A stretch of 64,000 nucleotides of DNA from a virus, in the IMG/VR virus record IMGVR_UViG_3300046796_000369; one strand, written 5' to 3'. Shown piece by piece: positions 17,574 to 26,269 of the stretch. How positions within the stretch are numbered: position 1 is the first letter of the stretch; every line of letters starts with the position of its first letter. The notes under the pieces were generated by a model. That model had not been told where the DNA came from and searched no databases. It was given only the letters and a program-made list of their open reading frames with translations. The position numbers and the translations under genes were made by a program.

Positions 17574-19535
17574 ATGGTCAGACGAATCGAAGACCCGCGC
17601 CAGAACAGCCTCGGCCTGAACGAGCCGCTGCGCACGTTTACGCCGCCCGCCGGTTGGGCAGTTCAAGAGTCGTTCCCGGAACTGGAAGGGATCGTCGCCA
17701 TCGATCTTGAGACCAAGGACATCGGCATCACCAATGGCGTCGGTCCGTGCTGGCCGCATCGCGGCGAAGGCTTCATCTGCGGCGTCGCGATCTGCTGGCG
17801 GCGCAGCAAGTTCTATGTGCCGCTGATGCATGCCGCCGGGAACCTCGACCCTGACCGGCATCACCGCTTCTGGGTGTGGCTGAAAGAGCAGGCCGAGAAG
17901 CCTGACGTCACGTTCGTGATGGCCAACGCGGTGTACGACACTGGCTGGCTCAGGCGGTTGAGCATCGTGCCGCACAACCCGCCCATCGACGTGCAGGTCA
18001 TGGCATTCCTGCTCGACGAGCACCGCATGAGCTACTCCCTGTCGTCGCTGTCGAAGCACTACCTGCACCGCGACAAGGGTACGCTGACGCTGTTCGACAT
18101 GGCCAAGAGCCTGCACATCAAGCATCCGATGTCGAACATGGACAAGCTGCCTGCGTGGATCGTCGAGCCCTACGCGCTGGACGACGTCGACCTGACGTAC
18201 TGTCTCTACTACGACCTGATCCCCAAGATTGCCGCCGAGAAACTGGGCGAGCCGCTCAGGCTGGAGAGCGAATGCACCATGGTCTCGGTCGACATGCGCT
18301 GGGAAGGCGTGCGGGTCGATCAGCGACGACTCGAACTTCTTGGCGCGCAATTCGCCCTCAAGGTCGAGCGCGCTCTGGCACAGATCATCGATCTGACCGG
18401 TATCCGGGTCGAGCCGTTCGACAACGGCGAAGCGATGAAGGCACTGCGTGCGGAGAACAGCGCGGTGCAGTTTGGCATCACCGAGAAAGGCCGCGACAGC
18501 GTCGACCGCTTCGCCCTGCAGGCCATCGGCTCGCCGGTCGCCATGGCGATCCTCGAAGCGCGCAAGTACGAGAAGGCACGCGGCACATTCGTCGAGTCGT
18601 TGGGTCATTACATCCGCAACGGACGCATCCATGCCGAGTTTCATTCAACGAGGAATAACTCCTCCAATAACGACGATATGTTTGGCGACGACTCGATGTA
18701 TGGAGCAACGTCAGGCCGCTGGGCGTCGTCGCATCCCAACCTGCAGAACATCCCGGCCCGCGACGACGTGATAGGCCCGGCCGTGCGCTCATGCTTTATT
18801 CCGGAAGACGGCGAGCGCTGGCTCAAGTTGGACTACGCATCGCAGGAGCCGCGCCTCACCGTCCACTTCGCCAGCATGGCGACGATCAACGGCAACCGTC
18901 TCACGGGTGCCGCCGAGATGGTCGAGCGTTTCCAGAAAAACCCGATGACCGACCTGCACGGCGAATGTGCCGCCCTGATGGGCGTCTCTCGCGCGCAGGC
19001 CAAGACGATCAACCTTGCACTGGCCTACGGCATGCAGGGCGGCGCGCTGTGCAAATCTCTCGGACTGCCCACCAAGACCATGACGATGTTCAACGGAAAC
19101 GAAATCGAAGTCGCGGGCGATGAAGGCGAGATACTCCTGCGCAAGCACTTCAATGCAGTACCTTTCGTCAGGCAGTTGTTCGATCTGGCCAAGCACACGG
19201 CGAAGTCGCGGGGCTACGTCAAGACCATCACCGGCCAGAAGATTCGCTTTGAGCGGTATGCCGATGGCAAATTCGCTCGCGTTCATAAGGCGCTCAATGG
19301 CGTCATCCAAGGCTCTGCCGCGGGCCAGATGAAGATGGCGCTGGTCGCCCTGCGCCGGGAGAACATGCCGGTCAACCTGACGGTCCATGACGAGGCCGAT
19401 TGCTCGGTCCCCATGGGCGAGGCGGGAGAGATACTGATCGACCGCATGACGACCATCATGGAGGAGGTCATAAAAATCGCCGTGCCGATGGTCGCCGAGG
19501 CCAAAACCGGGCCATCGTGGGGGGAGTGCAAATAA
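17574..19535 (+). CDS. polA: Family A DNA polymerase with 3'-5' exonuclease domain
   Basis: Exo I IDLETK, Exo II NAVYD, Exo III YALDD; SGRWASSHPNLQNIP; motif A DYASQEPR; motif B RAQAKTINLALAYG; motif C TVHDE. Confidence 0.95.
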   Translation: MVRRIEDPRQNSLGLNEPLRTFTPPAGWAVQESFPELEGIVAIDLETKDIGITNGVGPCWPHRGEGFICGVAICWRRSKFYVPLMHAAGNLDPDRHHRFWVWLKEQAEKPDVTFVMANAVYDTGWLRRLSIVPHNPPIDVQVMAFLLDEHRMSYSLSSLSKHYLHRDKGTLTLFDMAKSLHIKHPMSNMDKLPAWIVEPYALDDVDLTYCLYYDLIPKIAAEKLGEPLRLESECTMVSVDMRWEGVRVDQRRLELLGAQFALKVERALAQIIDLTGIRVEPFDNGEAMKALRAENSAVQFGITEKGRDSVDRFALQAIGSPVAMAILEARKYEKARGTFVESLGHYIRNGRIHAEFHSTRNNSSNNDDMFGDDSMYGATSGRWASSHPNLQNIPARDDVIGPAVRSCFIPEDGERWLKLDYASQEPRLTVHFASMATINGNRLTGAAEMVERFQKNPMTDLHGECAALMGVSRAQAKTINLALAYGMQGGALCKSLGLPTKTMTMFNGNEIEVAGDEGEILLRKHFNAVPFVRQLFDLAKHTAKSRGYVKTITGQKIRFERYADGKFARVHKALNGVIQGSAAGQMKMALVALRRENMPVNLTVHDEADCSVPMGEAGEILIDRMTTIMEEVIKIAVPMVAEAKTGPSWGECK

Positions 19536-19574
19536 TTATAAATGATAAATAATCATTAATAATCATCCTAAATA

Positions 19575-19651
19575 ATCGACAGGATTGTTGACATACCCAA
19601 CTGGACGTGAGATATAACGCTTCTCGGGCCACACGCCCACAACCCAAGGAG
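19575..19651 (+). promoter_or_regulatory. Promoter cassette copy 4, preceded by an AT-rich ATAATC-iterated tract (19531-19577)
   Basis: atcgacaggattgTTGACAtacccaactggacgTGAGATAtaacgcttctcGGGCcacacGCCCacaacccAAGGAG. Confidence 0.78.
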
Positions 19652-19661
19652 ATTTCAAGTC

Positions 19662-20426
19662 ATGTCGATCTTCCCCACCCGCTACAGCAACTACGCCCCC
19701 CGCACTGGCTACCGCAGCAACTCGGCCCGCCGCGACTACGCAGCGGCCCCCACCCGGCAGGCCCCCGTGACCGTCAACTTCAATGCCCCCAAGTGGGTCG
19801 CCTACAAGGCCGTCCAGCCGGTTCGCGCCGCGTGGGTCGAGGCGAAGGCCGCGACCTTCGAGTTCGCCGCCTCCATGTACGCCTCGGTCATCCGTTTCGG
19901 CGATCTCAGCCAGAAGCAGGGCGAGACGGTCGACCGCTTGGCCGCCCGTGACGCCGAGTGGGCCTCGCAGCGGGCCATATCTGCCCCGCAGGGCCCGGCG
20001 GCGACCTACCCCAACATCCGGGCCGCCTTCGACACGGTCGTGCTGGGCGGGGCCCACAGGGCCGCCATCACCATCGGCGACATCACCCTCTCGCTGGCCC
20101 CGGCGACCGGCGTCAATGCCGGTGCCCTCTACGTCAAGGTCGGTGCCCAGTACTGCGGCAAGATCGTCGGCACGCCGACCGGTCCGGTGTTCCGCGCCGT
20201 GCGCGAGTGCCCGGCCGACGTGGCTGCCAAGCTGGCGGTCATCGAGGCCGACCCGCAGGCCGCGATCCAGCAGCACGCCGCGGGCATCGCCGCCCGGCTG
20301 GCCGCCGCTGAAGCGCGCGGCGAGCAGCTTGACCTGCCGTGCGGCTGCTGCGGCATCCTGCTGACCGACCCGGTCAGCCGGGCCCGCGGCATCGGCCCGA
20401 TCTGCGCCTCCAAGTGGGGCTTCTAA
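19662..20426 (+). CDS. DUF6011-domain protein
   Basis: C-terminal CGCCGILLTDPVSRARGIGPIC signature; LYVK..YCGKI. Confidence 0.75.
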   Translation: MSIFPTRYSNYAPRTGYRSNSARRDYAAAPTRQAPVTVNFNAPKWVAYKAVQPVRAAWVEAKAATFEFAASMYASVIRFGDLSQKQGETVDRLAARDAEWASQRAISAPQGPAATYPNIRAAFDTVVLGGAHRAAITIGDITLSLAPATGVNAGALYVKVGAQYCGKIVGTPTGPVFRAVRECPADVAAKLAVIEADPQAAIQQHAAGIAARLAAAEARGEQLDLPCGCCGILLTDPVSRARGIGPICASKWGF

Positions 20427-20668
20427 TGGCCGACACCGTCACCCTCGCGGACCTCAATCGCAACGAGGTCCGCATCCTGCGGCAGGCGCTGAAGCGCCTG
20501 CAGTACGAGACCCAGCGCAGCCTCAAGGCCAACATCAGCAACGGCTGGACCCCCCAGCCGGGCAAGGTCGACATGAACCCGCTGATCCTGCAGACGATCA
20601 ATAAACTGATTGACCGGCTGCCGTATCCCAACTATCCTGTCGATCTTAACCAAGGGGAACAACTTTGA
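20426..20668 (+). CDS. Hypothetical protein
   Basis: TAATG coupling; 80 aa. Confidence 0.6.
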   Translation: MADTVTLADLNRNEVRILRQALKRLQYETQRSLKANISNGWTPQPGKVDMNPLILQTINKLIDRLPYPNYPVDLNQGEQL

Positions 20669-22386
20669 TCATCACCATCAACCAAGCGAGCATTCGGATC
20701 GACGACTCGACCAACCTCGACGTCATCGAGATAAACGGCAACGCACCGGAGCCCGCCACGAACGGCGTGCTGCGCGCCAGTCACGCCAACCTCGCGTGGC
20801 TGCTCGACAACTACCCCAGCGCCACCTTTCGAGACCCCGGCAACCGCCTGCTGGAGGTTCGCGCCGCGCGCATCATCGCCGCGCAGAACCGGCCGACTGC
20901 CGGGGAGTATGAGCGCAACTGGCCCTTCAAGGTCGCGCCGCTGCCCTTCCAGATCGACATCTTCGCCGCCGCCCGGCTGATGCCGGTCTTCGCGCTGGCT
21001 CCCGTGGCGATGGGCACCGGCAAGACCAAGATGACCCTCGACATCGCCGCCGACAAGTTCATGCGCGGCGAGATTGACGGCGTCCTTGTGATCGCCCCCA
21101 ACGGTGTCCAGAAGCAGTGGGTCAACCGGGCGATCCCGGAGCACATGACGCATGCTGTCAGAGCCTACGCCGCGGTGTGGAAGCCCACCCTGAAGGAGCC
21201 GCTGCCCAAGGCTGTGGCCGAGGCGCACCCCGGTGTGCTGCGCATCGCCGCCATGAACGTCGAGGCCTTCTCGGCCGAATCCGGCAAGGCCTTCATCGCT
21301 GCCCGCGCGTTCCTCGCATCGGGCCGGATGATGCTGGTGATGGACGAGTCGTCGCGCATCAAGTCGCCCAAGGCGGTTCGCACCAAGATCATCGACCGGC
21401 TGCGCCAGTACAGCGTGGTCCGCTGCACCCTGTCCGGCACACCCATCACCAGAGGGCTTGAGGACCTCTTCACGCAGTATCAGTTCCTCGACCCGTCGAT
21501 CATCGGCATCTCGTCGTACTGGGCCTTCCGGGGCCGCTATTGCGTTCTGTCGCCCATTCCCGGCGCGCGGCAGGGTGCGATGAAGATCACCGGCTACCGC
21601 AACGTCGAGGAGTTCGTCCGCCTGATCGCCCCGGTGACCTTCGTGGTGCCCAAGACGGTGCTGGGGCTGCCGCCCAAGACCTACGAACAGCGCGAGGTCG
21701 AAATGACGGCGGACCAGAAGCGCCTCTACAAGGCCCTTAACGACGAACTGGTGGCGGACCTGCGGGCGCGCCGCATCGCCACCCCGGCCAATGCCGCGGT
21801 CAGGCTCCTGCGCATGCAGCAGCTTCTCAGCGGCCACATCGTCGAAGTCGAAGAGACCGTGAACGGTGCCGGTGAAGAAGTCCGCATCCTGACCAGCCAG
21901 CCCATCGAATCGCGCCGCCTCGAAGTGCTCTACGACGTGCTCGCCGAGCATGACGGCCCGGCCGTGATCTGGGCGCGCTTCACCAACGACATCGATGACA
22001 TCTCCAGCTTCCTGAGAGAGCAGGGACATCGAGTCGTCACCTATTTCGGTGAGACATCAGCGGCGGCCCGCGAAGAGGCTGTGCGGTCTTTTAAGAACGG
22101 CGAGGTCGACTACTTCGTGGCCAACCCGGACGCCGCGGGCACCGGCCTCGACGGCCTGCAGGTCGCCCAGCTTGCGGTCTACTACTCGAACAGCTTCCGG
22201 GCGGAATCCCGTTGGCAGAGCGAGGACCGCATCCACCGCCTCGGCATGGCCGGGAGCGCCCACTTCATCGATCTGGTGGTTCCCAACAGCACCGACACGC
22301 TGGTACTGCGGAACCTCACGGAGAAGGGCAACATCGCCCGCGCCGTGTTTGAGAATCCCGCCCTCTTGGAAGGGGGCGGCGAATAG
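20665..22386 (+). CDS. SNF2-related (SF2) helicase
   Basis: MGTGKT, VMDESSRIK, LSGTP, GTGLDGLQ, QSEDRIHRLG. Confidence 0.92.
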   Translation: MIITINQASIRIDDSTNLDVIEINGNAPEPATNGVLRASHANLAWLLDNYPSATFRDPGNRLLEVRAARIIAAQNRPTAGEYERNWPFKVAPLPFQIDIFAAARLMPVFALAPVAMGTGKTKMTLDIAADKFMRGEIDGVLVIAPNGVQKQWVNRAIPEHMTHAVRAYAAVWKPTLKEPLPKAVAEAHPGVLRIAAMNVEAFSAESGKAFIAARAFLASGRMMLVMDESSRIKSPKAVRTKIIDRLRQYSVVRCTLSGTPITRGLEDLFTQYQFLDPSIIGISSYWAFRGRYCVLSPIPGARQGAMKITGYRNVEEFVRLIAPVTFVVPKTVLGLPPKTYEQREVEMTADQKRLYKALNDELVADLRARRIATPANAAVRLLRMQQLLSGHIVEVEETVNGAGEEVRILTSQPIESRRLEVLYDVLAEHDGPAVIWARFTNDIDDISSFLREQGHRVVTYFGETSAAAREEAVRSFKNGEVDYFVANPDAAGTGLDGLQVAQLAVYYSNSFRAESRWQSEDRIHRLGMAGSAHFIDLVVPNSTDTLVLRNLTEKGNIARAVFENPALLEGGGE

Positions 22387-22396
22387 GAGACTGCAA

Positions 22397-22744
22397 ATGT
22401 TCAAGATAGAATTTTATGTCGACGACAAGAATCTTGGTGAGACGTTCAAACGACTCAGCGGTCTGGCGCGGGAAATCACCCATTCGTATGTTCCGAATGC
22501 GGTCGTTGACTCCGGCGGACGACTCAAAACGACCACGGAAAACTCTCTGAAGTTGATCGAGAACGAAATCCGCAAACTCGGCGGTACGATCAATGCCGGT
22601 AAGATGCAGGAGGCTATTGGAACCCTTGGGTTCTCGCCCGCCTCCTACAGCTACTTCATGCAACAGATGACCAAGCGGAAGATTCTCCGAAGGGTGCCCG
22701 GCGGAAAAGTGAACAATAAGAACACCTACGAGTGGGTGAAGTAA
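22397..22744 (+). CDS. Hypothetical protein, possibly winged-helix C-terminus
   Basis: AGGAG RBS; the helix-helix-wing pattern ends TYEWVK. Confidence 0.55.
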   Translation: MFKIEFYVDDKNLGETFKRLSGLAREITHSYVPNAVVDSGGRLKTTTENSLKLIENEIRKLGGTINAGKMQEAIGTLGFSPASYSYFMQQMTKRKILRRVPGGKVNNKNTYEWVK

Positions 22745-23004
22745 TGACCCTCCGTCTTTACAAGAGCTACATGTTCCGCACCAAGGACCCGGTGATCGAC
22801 GAGCTAAGGACCATCGTTCAGAACGAGACCGGCGATCAACGACTCCGATCCAAGACCCTCAAGGTCATCGAGTCCGACGGCGGTCCGACAGTCGGCTGCA
22901 TGCAGGGCTGGTTCAGGGGCAAGACCAAGCGGCCCCAGAGCGCGTCCCTCGAAGCGGCGGGCCGCGCTATCGGCTACAAACGAGTATGGGTGAAGGAACG
23001 ATGA
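22744..23004 (+). CDS. Cro/CI-like HTH DNA-binding protein
   Basis: GPTVGCMQGWFRGKTKRPQSASLEAAGRAIG fits a Cro/CI-type HTH. Confidence 0.55.
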   Translation: MTLRLYKSYMFRTKDPVIDELRTIVQNETGDQRLRSKTLKVIESDGGPTVGCMQGWFRGKTKRPQSASLEAAGRAIGYKRVWVKER

Positions 23005-23360
23005 CCGACATCGCGGAACGAATACTCGCTCTGGCCCCCGCTCTCTCCGCATTGGTGGCTGAACTGCGGGCGCTGGAGGAGAAAGCGACGACGGGGACAG
23101 GTCTCGACGCCACCCTGATTGTCACCATGCGCAACGCGCTTATCACGTTGTTGGACGCCCTAGAACAGGTGAAGGCAATGACCACCGCCAAGGAGAAATC
23201 CTGTCCTTACGCCAAGAGCGACATGACACCGTGTTACTATCGCGACGGCAAGATTACAGAAGTCGTGATACACGGTCGCAAGTCCTGCGTAGGCTGCGAG
23301 CATTCATTTGAATGGCTGGATGGATTTGCGCTCGTGCAATCCCTCCTGATGAAGCCATGA
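23001..23360 (+). CDS. Hypothetical protein
   Basis: Coupled ORF with a Cys cluster. Confidence 0.5.
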   Translation: MTDIAERILALAPALSALVAELRALEEKATTGTGLDATLIVTMRNALITLLDALEQVKAMTTAKEKSCPYAKSDMTPCYYRDGKITEVVIHGRKSCVGCEHSFEWLDGFALVQSLLMKP

Positions 23361-23512
23361 CCGACATGAGCGATGACCTGACCCAACGGGTTGCCGATCT
23401 TGAGAAAGTTGCGGCACGGTTGATAGAGCAGATGGACAGGATGGATAAAATGCTCACCCACATCCTTGCGATACTCAAGGCGATGCGCGTCTACGGAAGT
23501 GAGGGAGTGTGA
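23357..23512 (+). CDS. Small coiled-coil protein
   Basis: LTQRVADLEKVAARLIEQMDRMD heptads; coupled. Confidence 0.5.
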   Translation: MTDMSDDLTQRVADLEKVAARLIEQMDRMDKMLTHILAILKAMRVYGSEGV

Positions 23513-23691
23513 TGCCCGACATTGTGGAGCGGCTGCGCTTCAAAACAGGACAACATGTATCAATCGTAGATACGATGTCTGAAGCCGCCGACGAAATCGA
23601 GCGGCTGCGTAAACTGCTAGCAGCTACGGAGCGCGACTTAGGGAGAGCACTGTTCGCACTCGAACATCACATGAAGGAACGCGGTGATTAA
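23509..23691 (+). CDS. Small hypothetical protein (DIVERLR / EAADEIERLR type)
   Basis: Common phage motif pair. Confidence 0.6.
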   Translation: MMPDIVERLRFKTGQHVSIVDTMSEAADEIERLRKLLAATERDLGRALFALEHHMKERGD

Positions 23692-24011
23692 AGCCGGTAG
23701 AACGGCGGCGGCGTACAGGGGTCTCCAATCGGGAGACCCCTGAACCATTTCATCTTGCCGCCGTGGTTGAACAGGCACCAGCACGGTCCGCCCTGCCGCA
23801 GGGCTTCGATGATCATGTCGTACTGGCCGCTCTCAAGGCGGTTGACGCCCGGCTTGCCGATTTTCAGTTCGATGATGTGTGTCTCGGATTTGTAGAAGCC
23901 GAACACGTCGAGCATGCCGCGCGGCGTGTCGGCTTCTACGCGCCACCATCTGCCGATCAAACGAGTCGACAGATGGTTCTCCCAAAGCAGCTTTTCGGTC
24001 TTGAACCTCAC
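23688..24011 (-). CDS. VRR-NUC / Holliday-junction-resolvase-like PD-(D/E)xK nuclease
   Basis: WWRVE...RGMLDVF...IIELK...Q; GTG start proposed at 24011. Confidence 0.6.
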   Translation of the reverse strand: MRFKTEKLLWENHLSTRLIGRWWRVEADTPRGMLDVFGFYKSETHIIELKIGKPGVNRLESGQYDMIIEALRQGGPCWCLFNHGGKMKWFRGLPIGDPCTPPPFYRL

Positions 24012-24174
24012 GCATCCCACTTCAGATCGCTGCACGGCCAGTAAGGCGTGACTACACGCGCCATGCGGTCGGCAAGGTACTTGATCAGCGGTGGTCGTTC
24101 GTCGATCTTTATGATCGAACCCTGCAAGGTGCGTGGGTTGACGTAACCGACCGCTATGCGTTCGCTCGCCTTGA

Positions 24175-24936
24175 TCATGGCCGGATGAGTCGTTCCTTGA
24201 CCGCGCCAAAATCCAACTCTTGCGGCAAAAGTCCTTCGCTTTTGGCAAGACTCAGCAGCAGGTCGAAACAGACCAGACCGGCGCAGAACAGGCCATCGGG
24301 CCGTCGCACCCGCTTGATGCGACGCCCGCCATCGACCGCTTCGAGGTTACCGGTACGCATGCGCTCGATGATGTGGAACCCGACGTCAATCGCCTTGCTG
24401 CTCGACAGGCCGTCGATCAGTGCCTTGGCGGCCGGACGACTCTCGACGGTGACCATGTAGCCGCGCCTGCTCATGTTCTTGGCGATCTGGCTGATCTTGC
24501 TGTCGCTCAGGATCATGTGGTGAAAACACTTCACCGCCTTGCTGACCTCGGAGAGTTGGCTCGACATCAGCTTGACCGGCTCCTCGTAGCCGCGCCAGCG
24601 CTGCAGCGCCATCGACGGTCCGATGAGGAACGAACCCTCACGCTGGACGCCGACACCGAGGTGGGCGCGGCGATCCTTGAAGTGCGAGTTAAGCAGAAGA
24701 AAACTTATGCCGTCCTGACGACTCGCGGCCACCAGATGCCGCCCGTCCTTGGCCTTGGCGTGCAGGCTGTCCTCATGGCGACGACCCTGAATCGCCACGA
24801 CCGGGACCATGTTGTAGATCGACCGGACATGGCGCAGGAACGCTGCCGTGTCGAGGACGCTCTGATCCTTCTTGTTCTTGCGCGGCGCGGCAGCCGGTGC
24901 CGTTTTGGTCAGCTTGGGCAGGGTAAGCTCGGTCAT
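24175..24936 (-). CDS. Divergent DUF932/DUF945-like protein
   Basis: DTAAFL...PVVAIQGRRH...RHLV..RQDG..LLLNSH resembles the DUF945 pattern but lacks the CxNG motif. Confidence 0.35.
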   Translation of the reverse strand: MTELTLPKLTKTAPAAAPRKNKKDQSVLDTAAFLRHVRSIYNMVPVVAIQGRRHEDSLHAKAKDGRHLVAASRQDGISFLLLNSHFKDRRAHLGVGVQREGSFLIGPSMALQRWRGYEEPVKLMSSQLSEVSKAVKCFHHMILSDSKISQIAKNMSRRGYMVTVESRPAAKALIDGLSSSKAIDVGFHIIERMRTGNLEAVDGGRRIKRVRRPDGLFCAGLVCFDLLLSLAKSEGLLPQELDFGAVKERLIRP

Positions 24937-24997
24937 GCACAGCCTTTATCTTACGGGTTAATCTTGTTTTATCGCAAGGATAGTGTATCATCGGGAC

Positions 24998-25462
24998 ATG
25001 ACAAAAACCACATCCTATCTCGTCTTCGTCTACGGTACTCTCAAATCGGCTTACGGAAACAACCGGGTCATGACCGAGGGTGGTACCGCCAAGCTGCTGG
25101 GCAAGGCAACTACCTTGTCGAAATTTTATATGGCAGGCGAGGGGATTCCTCGCGTCGCCAAGCAGGTCCTCGGTGACTTCCCGGCCAGTCTTGACCGCAA
25201 CGACTACAGCGGTCAGATCAGGGGAGAACTCTGGCAGATCGATTCCGAGTCGCTGAAAAACTGCGACCGGCTGGAGGGCCACCCGACGTTCTACAAGCGC
25301 GAGCAAATTCCGGTCACCCTCGACAAAGATCGCTCGCGCCACACCGCGTGGCTGTACTTCATCGTCGAACCGTTCCGGGGGCATCTCTGCTTCGCGAAGA
25401 ACAAGAGCGGCGTTCTGGAATGGCCGTCGGAACGCCAGTATAGAATGTCCCGCCATGCATAA
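24998..25462 (+). CDS. Second gamma-glutamylcyclotransferase (AIG2-like)
   Basis: VFVYGTLK, IRGELWQID, DRLEGHPTFYKRE, AWLYF. Confidence 0.88.
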   Translation: MTKTTSYLVFVYGTLKSAYGNNRVMTEGGTAKLLGKATTLSKFYMAGEGIPRVAKQVLGDFPASLDRNDYSGQIRGELWQIDSESLKNCDRLEGHPTFYKREQIPVTLDKDRSRHTAWLYFIVEPFRGHLCFAKNKSGVLEWPSERQYRMSRHA

Positions 25463-25630
25463 GCCCGAACTCACCGATGCTTTCATCCGCAACGCCATTG
25501 CGAGCGGCGCTATCGTGCCGCCGTCGGGGGAGCCCTCTTCCCCCGGCTACCGCATCCTCGCCGTCACAGGCTGGTTTATGGCCTTCCTCGCGGCTATGGC
25601 GCTGGCCACTGCGTACTACCTTAGCTGACG

Positions 25631-26260
25631 TCACCAGACACTGTAGATGCGGGCGTACGATCCTGACGTCAGGACAAGACCATCGTCCGCGGCGACGCCA
25701 ATTCCGGTCAACGACCCGCCCGCCAGACCAGAACAGTACATTGACGAGGTGACGTCGACCGGGACACCGGCATTGTCGTTACCGAATATGTGCCCGTTGC
25801 CGTACACAATGTCGTCCCCGGCTTTCCAGCTAAACCGGCAATGCCCATAGCATGACGTGACACCGCCGATTAGCGTCCAGAAGGTGGCAGGTAGGGGGGC
25901 GATTCCCGAAACGGTGGCCCCTTTCGATTGAGTATTCTGGGCGTGATGCGCTGAAGCCACGGCATGCGGAGCGCCGTTCTTGTAACAGGCCAGCGCCACG
26001 TTCCTGTTGGACACACCCAATTGAAGGACGAACTCAAGGTCGATCATCTTCGCGCCCGGAGGGATGGCCGGTAGCATCTGGGTGCCGCTCGCCCAGACGA
26101 CCTCGCTGTAGAGTTTAACGATGCCCTGCGATCCGGTTGTCGTCGCCTGCGCGATCCACAGACCGGGCGAGGGAGTCGTCGACCAGACGTACACCAGACC
26201 GTTGGGTGCCGTGAACTGCTGACCGTTGGTGACGCCGGGGGGAAAGTCTATCGCTGCCAT
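25631..26260 (-). CDS. Tail fibre-associated / receptor-binding protein
   Basis: N-terminal IDFP...GQQFT..NG..Y.W anchor shared with the upstream collagen protein; beta-rich C-terminus. Confidence 0.55.
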   Translation of the reverse strand: MAAIDFPPGVTNGQQFTAPNGLVYVWSTTPSPGLWIAQATTTGSQGIVKLYSEVVWASGTQMLPAIPPGAKMIDLEFVLQLGVSNRNVALACYKNGAPHAVASAHHAQNTQSKGATVSGIAPLPATFWTLIGGVTSCYGHCRFSWKAGDDIVYGNGHIFGNDNAGVPVDVTSSMYCSGLAGGSLTGIGVAADDGLVLTSGSYARIYSVW

Positions 26261-26269
26261 GATTTTCTC

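Noticed and set aside
18640-18710. NNSSNNDDMFGDDSMY insert in polA as a possible intein or intron remnant
   Set aside because: It is only ~16 aa, has no intein splice residues, and sits in a loop that is variable in phage PolA.
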